Both the position numbers and the translations under genes were made by a program. A DNA stretch of 60,895 bases, taken from assembly GCA_045535715.1 (NCBI GenBank), contig JAZSME010000070.1, positions 1-60,895 on the forward strand. The letters run 5' to 3'. This DNA comes from Ruminococcus sp. (GTDB lineage: Bacteria > Bacillota > Clostridia > Oscillospirales > Acutalibacteraceae). How positions within the stretch are numbered: position 1 is the first letter of the stretch; each line of letters starts with the position of its first letter. Shown here piece by piece: positions 27,439 through 36,634 of this stretch. The notes below the pieces were generated by a model. It was not told the origin of the DNA, did no database searches, and was given only the letters and a program-made list of their open reading frames with translations.

Positions 27439-28689
27439 ATGGAACTGTTTGAAACCAAAGAAAAAATCGACAGAGCTCTGCTTGTCTCCGTTGACACAGG
27501 GGATTTTGACGCAGAAAGCTCTCTCGAGGAGCTTTTTGAGCTTGTGGAAACCGCAGGCGCCGAGGCGGTTGCCTCCATCAGCCAGAAACTGGAGCGCCCT
27601 GACACCGCCACCTGCGTGGGCTCGGGAAAGCTTATTGAAATCAAGGATTACTGCGAGGCTGAGGAGATAGATCTCATTGTCTTTGACTGCGAGCTCACTC
27701 CCACTCAGATACGAAATATTGAAGCCGAAACCGACGTGAGGGTCATTGACCGCACCACCCTGATTCTGGATATTTTCTCACAGCGTGCCATCTCAAAGGA
27801 AGGCAAACTTCAGGTTGAGCTTGCACAGCTCAAGTACCTTATGCCCAGACTTACAGGTAAGGGTATTGCCCTCTCCCGTCTCGGCGGCGGTATCGGCACC
27901 AGAGGTCCCGGTGGGACTAAGCTTGAAACCGATAAGCGTCACATCAGACGCAGAATGGAAACCGTAAAGGAACAGCTCAGAGACGTGGAAAATCACAGAA
28001 ACGAGCTCAGGAGAAGACGAGAGAAAAACTCTGTCATCACCGTTGCAATAGTGGGCTATACCAACGCAGGAAAATCCACCCTTATGAACTATCTCACCGA
28101 GGCAGGAGTCCTTGCTGAGGATAAGCTCTTCGCAACCCTTGACCCCACCTCCCGCTCCTTGAAGCTTCCCTCGGGAGTCACAGTTATGCTCATTGACACC
28201 GTAGGCTTTGTCAGAAGACTTCCCCACCACCTTGTGGAGGCCTTCAAGTCCACCCTGGAGGAGGCGGCAAAGGCAGACATCATCCTCAACGTCTGCGACG
28301 TAAGCTCTGAGGAAGCACAGCTTCACCTGAGTGTTACCGAGGACCTGCTCAAAGAACTGGGCTGCGGAGATACTCCCATCGTAAACGTTCTCAACAAATG
28401 CGACCTTGTAAGCGATAAAGTGGAGGAGCTCCGATTTGAGTCCTCCGTAAAAATAAGCGCCAGAACAGGCGAGGGTATCGAGAAACTCCTTGAGGCAATT
28501 GAGGAGAATCTTCCCGTAAGAGTCAAGAAGGTAAAGCTCCTTGTGCCCTTCAAGGACGCTTCCCTTGTGGCGGAAATCCGCAAGGGCGCCACACTCCTCT
28601 CTGAGGAATACACCGCCGAGGGAATCGAGGCAGAGGCCATCATCGACGAGAAATTCTGGCACAGAGTCAAGGATTTCGTTATTGAATGA
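27439..28689 (+). CDS. hflX: GTPase HflX
   Basis: DRTTLILDIF, EGKLQVELAQL, GYTNAGKST, LFATLD, DTVGF and NKCD; start at ATG 27439 behind GAGGT. Confidence 0.95.
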   Translation: MELFETKEKIDRALLVSVDTGDFDAESSLEELFELVETAGAEAVASISQKLERPDTATCVGSGKLIEIKDYCEAEEIDLIVFDCELTPTQIRNIEAETDVRVIDRTTLILDIFSQRAISKEGKLQVELAQLKYLMPRLTGKGIALSRLGGGIGTRGPGGTKLETDKRHIRRRMETVKEQLRDVENHRNELRRRREKNSVITVAIVGYTNAGKSTLMNYLTEAGVLAEDKLFATLDPTSRSLKLPSGVTVMLIDTVGFVRRLPHHLVEAFKSTLEEAAKADIILNVCDVSSEEAQLHLSVTEDLLKELGCGDTPIVNVLNKCDLVSDKVEELRFESSVKISARTGEGIEKLLEAIEENLPVRVKKVKLLVPFKDASLVAEIRKGATLLSEEYTAEGIEAEAIIDEKFWHRVKDFVIE

Positions 28690-28778
28690 TTTATCCCTTT
28701 GCTCTTTTCATTACTCAGGATATATGGTATAATATTTTAATACCCACAGACATATTACTGCAAAAAGGAGATGAAACC

Positions 28779-28961
28779 TTGGATATCAGAGTCGGAGACA
28801 GACTTCTCATGAAAAAGCCCCACCCCTGCGGATGCTTCACCTTCTCGGTAAAGAGAGTCGGCATGGACTTCAAAATCGTCTGCGAGGGATGCTCCCACGA
28901 GGTTTACATCCCCAGAAGCAAGGTGGAAAAAAACATCAAGAAAATCATCACAGAGGAGTAA
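28779..28961 (+). CDS. DUF951 family protein
   Basis: MKKPHPCG...RVGMDFKIVCEGC; TTG start behind AAGGAG. Confidence 0.85.
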   Translation: MDIRVGDRLLMKKPHPCGCFTFSVKRVGMDFKIVCEGCSHEVYIPRSKVEKNIKKIITEE

Positions 28962-28964
28962 GAA

Positions 28965-30041
28965 ATGCTCAGAAAGCTTCAGGTTTTTCAAAAAAGATAC
29001 GATGAGCTCAGCCACATGCTCTATGATCCCGCAGTTGCCTCTGACGGCGAAAAGTTCTCCCGCCTTATGAAGGAGCTCAAGAGCATCGAGCCTATTTATA
29101 ATGCTTACAAAGAATATTCCTCTGCCCTTTCCAATACCGAGGAAGCGCTCGCAATTCTCTCTGACCCTGATTGCGACGAAGAGATGAAAGCTCTTGCTCA
29201 GGAGGAGCTGGAGCATTCCAAAAAAGAGACTCTGCGCCTTGAGGGTGAGCTGAAGATCCTCCTGCTTCCCAAGGACGAAAACGACGACAAGAACGTAATC
29301 GTTGAAATCCGTGCAGGTGCAGGCGGCGAGGAAGCGGCTCTCTTTGCCTACGAGCTTTACAGGATGTACACCATGTACGCCGAAAAGGAGGGTTTTAAGA
29401 CAGAGCTCATAAATTCCGACGATACGGAGCTCGGTGGAGTCAAGGAAGTTTCCTTCTCCGTAGAGGGTCAGGGCGCCTTCTCAAAGCTCAAATTCGAAAG
29501 CGGAGTTCACAGAGTCCAGCGCGTCCCCGAAACTGAGTCGGGGGGCAGGATCCACACCTCCACCGTCACGGTGGCAGTCCTTCCCGAAGCAGAGGAAGTT
29601 GACATTGAAATAAACCCCAAGGACCTTAAAATAGACACCTTCCGTTCATCGGGCGCAGGCGGTCAGCACATCAACAAGACCTCCTCCGCCATCCGAATCA
29701 CTCACCTGCCCACAGGCACCGTTGTTGAGTGTCAGGACGAAAGAAGTCAGTACAAAAACAAAGACAAGGCTATGAAGGTACTGCGCTCAAGGCTCCTCTC
29801 GGAGAAGCAGAGAGAGCAGCAGGACGCCGTAGCCGGAGAGAGAAAATCTCAGGTGGGAACAGGTGACAGATCCGAGAAGATCCGCACCTATAACTTCCAC
29901 GAAAGCAGGGTCACCGACCATAGGATCAAGCTTACCCTCTATCGCCTCGAAGCGATACTTTCGGGTGAGCTCTCTGAAATAATCGACCCACTCATTGCCG
30001 CAGACAGAGCGGCGAAACTTCAGGAAAGCATTGACAGTTAA
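28965..30041 (+). CDS. prfA: Peptide chain release factor 1
   Basis: [20 protein letters not shown] (PxT) and GAGGQHIN. Confidence 0.97.
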   Translation: MLRKLQVFQKRYDELSHMLYDPAVASDGEKFSRLMKELKSIEPIYNAYKEYSSALSNTEEALAILSDPDCDEEMKALAQEELEHSKKETLRLEGELKILLLPKDENDDKNVIVEIRAGAGGEEAALFAYELYRMYTMYAEKEGFKTELINSDDTELGGVKEVSFSVEGQGAFSKLKFESGVHRVQRVPETESGGRIHTSTVTVAVLPEAEEVDIEINPKDLKIDTFRSSGAGGQHINKTSSAIRITHLPTGTVVECQDERSQYKNKDKAMKVLRSRLLSEKQREQQDAVAGERKSQVGTGDRSEKIRTYNFHESRVTDHRIKLTLYRLEAILSGELSEIIDPLIAADRAAKLQESIDS

Positions 30042-30044
30042 GCT

Positions 30045-31070
30045 ATGGAAACACTACTTTTAAACACATCGGATAAGGATATGGAAACCGCCGCAGAAAT
30101 TCTGAGAAACGGCGGTCTCGTGGGTATGCCTACGGAGACGGTTTACGGACTGGCGGCAAACGCCCTCTCTGAGGATGCGGTAAAGAGCATTTTTGTTGCC
30201 AAGGGCAGACCTTCCGACAACCCCCTTATCGTTCACATCAGCCACATCTCCGATATTGAGAGGTTCTCCCTTTCGGACAGTATCCCCGAAGAAGCTCTGA
30301 AACTTTCAGAAAAGTTCTGGCCGGGACCTCTCACCATAATACTTAAAAAAAGCGACAGCGTCCCTTCTGTGACAACGGGAGGACTGGACTCTGTGGCAAT
30401 CAGACTCCCCTCTCACAAGGTGGCAAGGGAGCTTATAAAGAAGGCAGGTCTTCCCCTTGCCGCTCCTTCGGCAAACCTTTCGGGAAGTCCCAGCCCCACC
30501 AAGGCCTCTCACGTTATGGATGACCTCTCGGGTAAAATCGGCGCTGTCATTGACGGCGGTGACTGCGAGGTAGGACTAGAGAGCACGGTGCTTACTCTCT
30601 GCACCAATCCCCCCACCCTCCTTCGCCCCGGCAAGGTAACTCTGGAGGAGCTTCGTGATGTACTGGGAGAGGTAAACCTCAGCCCTGCGGTAACAGAGAA
30701 GCTTTCGGAAAACGAGGAGGCTCCCTCACCGGGTATGAAATACCGCCACTATGCACCTTCGGCAAAGGTTTACCTTGTAAGAGGCGGCGACGAAGCCTTC
30801 TATGATTTTATAAACAAGCAGACAGAGGACATCACCGCTCTTTGCTACAAGGGCGATGAGGAGCACATAAGCTGTCCCTTCATCTCTCTGGGAGAAAAAG
30901 GAAACTACGACGAGGAGGCTCACGTCCTTTTCGATGCCCTTCGTGAGATCGACAAATCTGACCGCAAGGGTACTGTCTTTGTCCGTTGTCCCGAAACAGA
31001 CGGCGTGGGACTTGCGGTTTACAACCGCCTTATCCGCGCCGCAGGCTTTGAGGTGATCGACCTTGAGTAA
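30045..31070 (+). CDS. sua5: Threonylcarbamoyl-AMP synthase (Sua5 long form)
   Basis: PTETVYGL, KGRPSDNPLIVH, APSANLSG, SPGMKYRHYAP and SUA5 C-terminal domain. Confidence 0.93.
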   Translation: METLLLNTSDKDMETAAEILRNGGLVGMPTETVYGLAANALSEDAVKSIFVAKGRPSDNPLIVHISHISDIERFSLSDSIPEEALKLSEKFWPGPLTIILKKSDSVPSVTTGGLDSVAIRLPSHKVARELIKKAGLPLAAPSANLSGSPSPTKASHVMDDLSGKIGAVIDGGDCEVGLESTVLTLCTNPPTLLRPGKVTLEELRDVLGEVNLSPAVTEKLSENEEAPSPGMKYRHYAPSAKVYLVRGGDEAFYDFINKQTEDITALCYKGDEEHISCPFISLGEKGNYDEEAHVLFDALREIDKSDRKGTVFVRCPETDGVGLAVYNRLIRAAGFEVIDLE

Positions 31071-31668
31071 GGATTACATACTTTACGGGCTCACAGGCCC
31101 CACAGGAGCAGGAAAAACCTCGGTGACAAAGATACTGAGAGAGCAGGGCTTCGCCGTCTGCGAAGCAGATAAGCTGGCGCACAAGGCCCTTCTGGTGCCC
31201 CACTGCACAGAGGCTCTCAAAAAAGCCTTCGGTGATGACATCGTAAATCCTGACGGCTCAGTTGACCGCAGAAAAATCGCAAGGCGCGCCTTTTCCTGTG
31301 AGGAAAACACCCTTCTTCTCAACAGCATCACCCATCCCGTCATCAAAGAGCTTTCTCTCAAAACCTTTGATGAATACTCGGATATGGGTTATCAAAGAAT
31401 AATATTTGACGCACCCACCCTCTTTGAGTCGGGACTTGATTCCCTTTGCCACAAGATCGTAGCGGTAGTGGCAGAGGACGAGGTAAGGCTTTCCCGCATT
31501 ATGAAGCGTGACAACCTCACAGAAGAGGAAGCAAAACGACGGATGAGTGCTCAGAAGGACAATTCCTTCTATATGGAAAAAGCGGATTTTGTCATCGACA
31601 ATTCCTCTGATGAAAAAGCCCTCAGAGATGCAACTCTCAGTCTTTTAAAGGGAGGTGCCCTCCTTTGA
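31063..31668 (+). CDS. coaE: Dephospho-CoA kinase
   Basis: GLTGPTGAGKT, ITHP, DAPTLFE and RMSAQ. Confidence 0.92.
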   Translation: MSKDYILYGLTGPTGAGKTSVTKILREQGFAVCEADKLAHKALLVPHCTEALKKAFGDDIVNPDGSVDRRKIARRAFSCEENTLLLNSITHPVIKELSLKTFDEYSDMGYQRIIFDAPTLFESGLDSLCHKIVAVVAEDEVRLSRIMKRDNLTEEEAKRRMSAQKDNSFYMEKADFVIDNSSDEKALRDATLSLLKGGALL

Positions 31669-32264
31669 AAAAAGAGAAAAAGAAAAAAAGCGGCTGCTGT
31701 CTCGGAAAGCTTCTGGTGATTCTCATTCTGGGACTTATTGCAGCAGGAATGGTTTTCGGCTTCAGATTACTGAATCTCTTCGAAAAAGCACAGCAGGTGG
31801 TCTATCCCTTCGGCTTCAAGGAGGAGATTCTGGAGGCGTCGGAAAAATACGATCTTTCTCCGGAATTCATCAGCGCCGTAATCTATACGGAAAGCAAGTT
31901 CAACGAAAACGCAGAATCCTCAGCAGGTGCCAAGGGGCTCATGCAGCTTCTCCCCTCAACCTTTGAGTGGCTCCGCACTCTCAGAGGAGTCAGCGAGGAC
32001 GAGGAGCTTGACATCATGGATGCGAAGACCAACATCGACTACGGCTGCTACTACATCTCATATCTCACCAAGAGGTACGGCGACCCCTACACCGCTATGG
32101 CGGCATATAACGCAGGTCACACCAGAGTTGACGAGTGGCTGTCTCATGAGGAGTATTCGAAGGACGGAAAGACCCTGGATAAAATCCCCTTTGCGGAAAC
32201 ATCAAACTACGTAGAGAAAATCAAAACGGCGGAGCCCAGATATAAAAAGCTTTACTTCAACTGA
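31665..32264 (+). CDS. Membrane-anchored lytic transglycosylase (SLT domain)
   Basis: N-terminal TM; TESKF, GAKGLMQL, AAYNAG and ETSNYV. Confidence 0.92.
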   Translation: MKKEKKKKSGCCLGKLLVILILGLIAAGMVFGFRLLNLFEKAQQVVYPFGFKEEILEASEKYDLSPEFISAVIYTESKFNENAESSAGAKGLMQLLPSTFEWLRTLRGVSEDEELDIMDAKTNIDYGCYYISYLTKRYGDPYTAMAAYNAGHTRVDEWLSHEEYSKDGKTLDKIPFAETSNYVEKIKTAEPRYKKLYFN

Positions 32265-32319
32265 CGACTCTGCTCTGTTTTATAAAAAAATAAACTTAAT
32301 ATACAGGAGGAAACAAAAA

Positions 32320-33723
32320 ATGAACGAAGAAAAAAGCTTTGCAAAAGAGCTCAAGGAAAAGCTCTTTATGAATCCCAAGTCCGGTCTTCAGCGCATCAGT
32401 GACGAGGAAGTGAAGAAGGCTGACGAGTTCTGCGAGGGCTACAAGAAATTCCTCGACTACTCAAGAACCGAGCGTGATGCTGTAAAGTATTCCGTAGAGC
32501 TCCTTGAGAAGGAGGGCTTCACCGAGTATGACCCCGAGAAGACCTATAACGCAGGCGACAAGGTTTACGTCAACAACAGAAATAAGGCTTTAATGGCGGC
32601 TGTCATCGGCAAGCAGGGCGTTAAAGAGGGCGCATCCCTTGCCATTGCTCACATCGATTCCCCCAGAATCGACTTGAAGCCCAGCCCCCTTTACGAAGCA
32701 AATAATCTGGCTCTTTTCAAGACTCACTACTACGGCGGTATCAGAAAGTATCAGTGGCTTGCCATGCCTTTGGCACTTCACGGTGTTGTCTGCAAAACCG
32801 ACGGCACAGTTGTGGATGTCCGCTTCGGCGACGATGAAAGCGAGCCCTGTCTTTGCATTACAGACCTTCTTCCCCACCTTGCTCAAGAGCAGGCTGAGAA
32901 GCCCCTGAGAAAAGCCTTTAGCGGCGAGGACCTCAACGTTATCGTTGGCTCAAGACCCGTAAGCTCTGACGACGAGGGCGAGCTTGTGAAGCTCAACGCA
33001 ATGCACCTGCTCAATCAGAAATACGGCATCACCGAGGATGATTTCCTCTCTGCCGAGCTTTGTCTGGTACCCACCTACAAGACCCGCGATGTAGGCTTTG
33101 ACGGCGGTCTTATGGGCGGCTACGGCCACGACGACAGATGCTGTGCTTACCCTGCTCTCATGGCAGTTATCGAAGCAGGTGTTCCCGACAAGACAGCAAT
33201 CACCGTTCTCTGCGACAAGGAGGAGACCGGCTCCGACGGCAACACTGGTATGCAGAGCGACTACCTCAGATATTTCATCTATGACCTTGCAAAATCAGAG
33301 GGTGTGGAGGGATACCGCGCACTTTCAAAATCCAAATGTCTCTCCGCTGACGTTAATGCCGCATACGATCCCACCTACGCTTCCTGCTTCGAGGCAAAGA
33401 ACTCCAGCTTCGTAAACGAAGGTGTTGTTATCAGCAAATACACAGGTCACGGCGGCAAGGGAGGCACCTCCGACGCTTCCGCTGAGTATATGGGCGAGAT
33501 CCGCACTATGCTTGAAAACAACAACATTCTCTGGCAGGTCGGCGAGCTTGGCAGAGTTGACCTGGGCGGCGGCGGAACGATTGCAAAGTACGTTGCAAAC
33601 ATGAACGTTGACGTTGTTGACCTTGGCGTTCCCGTACTTTCCATGCACGCTCCCTTCGAGCTCATCTCAAAGATCGACATCTATATGGCAAAGAAGGCAT
33701 TCTCTGCACTTTTCGCAAGATAA
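32320..33723 (+). CDS. M18 family aminopeptidase (ApeA-like)
   Basis: AHIDSP, GHDDR, DKEETGS, SADV and SMHAP. Confidence 0.92.
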   Translation: MNEEKSFAKELKEKLFMNPKSGLQRISDEEVKKADEFCEGYKKFLDYSRTERDAVKYSVELLEKEGFTEYDPEKTYNAGDKVYVNNRNKALMAAVIGKQGVKEGASLAIAHIDSPRIDLKPSPLYEANNLALFKTHYYGGIRKYQWLAMPLALHGVVCKTDGTVVDVRFGDDESEPCLCITDLLPHLAQEQAEKPLRKAFSGEDLNVIVGSRPVSSDDEGELVKLNAMHLLNQKYGITEDDFLSAELCLVPTYKTRDVGFDGGLMGGYGHDDRCCAYPALMAVIEAGVPDKTAITVLCDKEETGSDGNTGMQSDYLRYFIYDLAKSEGVEGYRALSKSKCLSADVNAAYDPTYASCFEAKNSSFVNEGVVISKYTGHGGKGGTSDASAEYMGEIRTMLENNNILWQVGELGRVDLGGGGTIAKYVANMNVDVVDLGVPVLSMHAPFELISKIDIYMAKKAFSALFAR

Positions 33724-33738
33724 AGCTTACTGCGCACA

Positions 33739-33776
33739 AATGGGAAACAGCGAAAACTGTTTCCCATTATTTTTTT
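33739..33776 (+). terminator. Intrinsic terminator
   Basis: AATGGGAAACAG/CTGTTTCCCATT 12-bp stem plus T tract. Confidence 0.85.
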
Positions 33777-33860
33777 GTCATTGAAGAGAGAGACACCTTG
33801 TGATATAATGATTTTATATGGTCTCAGATTTCGGAAATATACAGGGAAAGGGTCGTTATT

Positions 33861-36125
33861 ATGGCAAGAAGTATTGAATCCTCGGATGCAAAGAAAATTA
33901 TCAGCACCCACAACACCATACTCACAAATATCGAGAAAATCCGCAAGGCGCCTGAAACCTACAAAAGCAACATAATCAAGTACGCCGATGAGTACATCAT
34001 CGGGGAGCGTCTCTCCGCTCTCAAAGAAATTCCCATTGAGGAGCTCAACAGAAGCAAGCAGGGCTTTCGCATCAAGACTCTGAGAGACAACGGCTATACA
34101 AGCATTGCCGACACCGAAAAGGTAACCGCCTCTACACTGGCGAAAATCGGCGGAATCAGCATGGAGGCAGCTCAGGCAATCAAGAAGGCTTCAAGGGAAA
34201 TCGCAAAGCTTTCTTCAGACAGCGTTCACCTAAAGCTGAGTCTTGACAACAAGTCCCCTGCCGCCACAAACCTTGCAGACGCTGTTTCAAAGTACATCTT
34301 CCTTCAGAATACCACCGCAACCTGCGAGAAGCTTTCCGCTCACAGGAAATCCATTGTTGATTCAATAAATCTAGCAAGTCCTCTGACCTCGGGAATCAAG
34401 CGGCTCTTCACCTCCAAGGAGAAGAAGGCAGACGCAGAGAAGGCCTACGCTTACCTTCAGAAGCTCCTCACCTCTTCCTACGGCACAGAGAGCCGGAACT
34501 GCTCTCTGGAATTCAACAAAATCGTCACCGCATCCAAGGATAACGCCTGGGTGCATTTCGGGAAAAATCCCGTTCTCTTCTACAATATACTTGAGGCTGT
34601 CGTGCCTCATCTCATCAAAGAGGACACCACCGTCTACGGTCTTCCCGAGGAGCTTGCCCGTGCCATTGCGGAGGAGCCCATGCACCTGGAGGGTCTCAAA
34701 TGCACCCTCAGACGCTATCAGGAATGGGGCGTCAAGTACTCTCTTCATCAGAAGAAGGTGCTTCTGGGCGACGAGATGGGTCTTGGAAAAACCGTTCAGG
34801 CCATTGCCACTATGGTGTCTCTGAGAAATACGGGTGGAAACCACTTTGTGGTGGTCTGCCCTGCAAGTGTTATCACCAACTGGTGCCGAGAGATCGAGAA
34901 GATGAGCGACCTTGAGGTCACAAAGGTACACGGCTCAGACAGAGACGCATCCCTTCAGTACTGGAAGGAAAACGGCGGTGTTGCAGTCACTACCTATGAA
35001 ACCACGGAGCACTTCACTCTCAGCGACAAATTCAAGTACTCTATGATAGTTGTTGACGAGGCTCATTACATAAAGAATCCCGATGCTCAGAGAAGCAAGA
35101 ACGTGAGAAATCTCTGCAACCACGCAAACAGAATTATGTTTATGACAGGTACCGCCCTTGAAAATAAGGTCTCCGAGATGATATCCCTTATGGGGGTTCT
35201 CAGTCAGGGAGTTGCCAAAAGCGTTGAGGGTATGCAGTTCCTTTCCTCCGCTCCCGAATTTCGCGAAAAGGTTGCTCCCGTTTACTACCGCAGACGTCGC
35301 GAAGACGTTCTCACCGAGCTTCCCGAGCTCATCGAAAACACCGACTGGTGCACTATGGGAGAGGCAGAGACAATGAAGTACAGAGAGGCTGTCCTCTCAG
35401 GAAACTTTGCCGCCGCAAGAAGGGTCTCCTTCAACGTTGACGACCTTAAGGACTCCTCAAAGGCTCAGCGACTCCTTGAGATCGTTGAAGATGCCAAGGA
35501 GGACGGCAGAAAGGTTATCGTCTTCTCCTTCTTCCTTGATACCATCGGAAAAATAAAAGCCCTTCTGGGTGATGTGGCGATGGAGCCCATAAACGGCTCT
35601 GTGTCCCCTCAGCGCCGACAGGAGATCATCGATGAATTCCAGAACGCTCCCGCAGGCTCTGTTCTTGCGGCTCAGATTCAGTCAGGCGGTACGGGACTCA
35701 ATATCCAGACCGCCAGCGTCGTAGTACTCTGTGAGCCTCAGTTCAAGCCCTCTATCGAGAATCAGGCAATCTCCAGAGCCTACCGAATGGGACAGACCAG
35801 AAACGTGCTTGTGCACAGACTTCTCTGTGACGAAACCGTTGACGAGAGGATCAGCGATCTGCTCAGATCAAAGCAGGAAATTTTCGATGCCTTTGCTGAT
35901 GAATCCTCTGTGGGCGTAGAAAGCCTCGAGCTTGACGAGAAGAGCTTCTCAAGCATTATGGAGGAGGAGAGAAAGCGCATTCTGGGAGAAACCCCCGAAA
36001 ATCAAAAGACACCCGAGGGCTCAGATAATCCCCAGGTTACCCCTCCGACCGAAAGTCAAAAAGCTCCCGAGGGTGCCACCGCACCTGAGAGTCAAAACAC
36101 TCCTGAGAGCAAAAAGACACCTTAA
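33861..36125 (+). CDS. SNF2-family helicase/ATPase
   Basis: LGDEMGLGKT, VCPAS, DEAH, TGTALEN, GGTGLN and QAISRAYRMGQ. Confidence 0.92.
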   Translation: MARSIESSDAKKIISTHNTILTNIEKIRKAPETYKSNIIKYADEYIIGERLSALKEIPIEELNRSKQGFRIKTLRDNGYTSIADTEKVTASTLAKIGGISMEAAQAIKKASREIAKLSSDSVHLKLSLDNKSPAATNLADAVSKYIFLQNTTATCEKLSAHRKSIVDSINLASPLTSGIKRLFTSKEKKADAEKAYAYLQKLLTSSYGTESRNCSLEFNKIVTASKDNAWVHFGKNPVLFYNILEAVVPHLIKEDTTVYGLPEELARAIAEEPMHLEGLKCTLRRYQEWGVKYSLHQKKVLLGDEMGLGKTVQAIATMVSLRNTGGNHFVVVCPASVITNWCREIEKMSDLEVTKVHGSDRDASLQYWKENGGVAVTTYETTEHFTLSDKFKYSMIVVDEAHYIKNPDAQRSKNVRNLCNHANRIMFMTGTALENKVSEMISLMGVLSQGVAKSVEGMQFLSSAPEFREKVAPVYYRRRREDVLTELPELIENTDWCTMGEAETMKYREAVLSGNFAAARRVSFNVDDLKDSSKAQRLLEIVEDAKEDGRKVIVFSFFLDTIGKIKALLGDVAMEPINGSVSPQRRQEIIDEFQNAPAGSVLAAQIQSGGTGLNIQTASVVVLCEPQFKPSIENQAISRAYRMGQTRNVLVHRLLCDETVDERISDLLRSKQEIFDAFADESSVGVESLELDEKSFSSIMEEERKRILGETPENQKTPEGSDNPQVTPPTESQKAPEGATAPESQNTPESKKTP

Positions 36126-36172
36126 AGCCAAAAATCCCCGAGGGTGCCGCCGCACCCCAGTGCCAAAAATCA
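35992..36172 (+). repeat. Degenerate 18-nt tandem repeat spanning the SNF2 stop codon
   Basis: Units encode PE(S/N)QK(T/A). CCCGAGGGTGCC(A/G)CCGCACC occurs at 36066 and 36137. Confidence 0.65.
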
Positions 36173-36181
36173 GGAAAAAGA

Positions 36182-36221
36182 AAAGCCTATGAACCGAAAT
36201 GATTCATAGGCTTGTTTTTTT
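36182..36221. terminator. Bidirectional terminator
   Basis: AAGCCTATGAA/TTCATAGGCTT stem between convergent genes. Confidence 0.75.
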
Positions 36222-36273
36222 GACGTATTAAAGGGGAATTTTTCTCGGAAGTGACAATCGGGATTTAAGTGCA

Positions 36274-36555
36274 TCAGCTTTTGAATACTTCCTTATTCTT
36301 TGCGGAATAGGGATTTTTGTTTTCTTTTGCTTCATCCCGAAGATTTCCGCTTTTGTTGGCAAGGGACATCATCAGCATCCAGAAAAACACCACCAGAAGA
36401 TAGAGGGCAAGCGCACCCACAAAGAAGTAGACGGAGATGCCGATTGCAAAGTGAAGTGCCAGAAGCACCACCGCAGGAATTGCCCACTCGATATTGAGCA
36501 GAAGATTCAGAAGAAAGCAGATGAAGAAAGAGCCTGCGTGCTTGGTTTTTCTCAT
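36274..36555 (-). CDS. Small membrane protein (93 aa, 2-3 TM)
   Basis: GAGAGG RBS; long hydrophobic stretch; basic tail with NKNPYS. Confidence 0.75.
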   Translation of the reverse strand: MRKTKHAGSFFICFLLNLLLNIEWAIPAVVLLALHFAIGISVYFFVGALALYLLVVFFWMLMMSLANKSGNLRDEAKENKNPYSAKNKEVFKS

Positions 36556-36634
36556 AATAACCTCTCCTTATAGTTTGATGTGTATTTAAGTCTTCGGACC
36601 TCAAGAATATTTAGTATCAATTAAGCCTTTGCCC

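Noticed and set aside
27793-28662. 289-aa antisense ORF, and similar shadows at 2111..2752, 5411..6094, 20856..21506 and 49600..50403
   Set aside because: They fully overlap well-supported genes on the opposite strand, as expected from codon bias.
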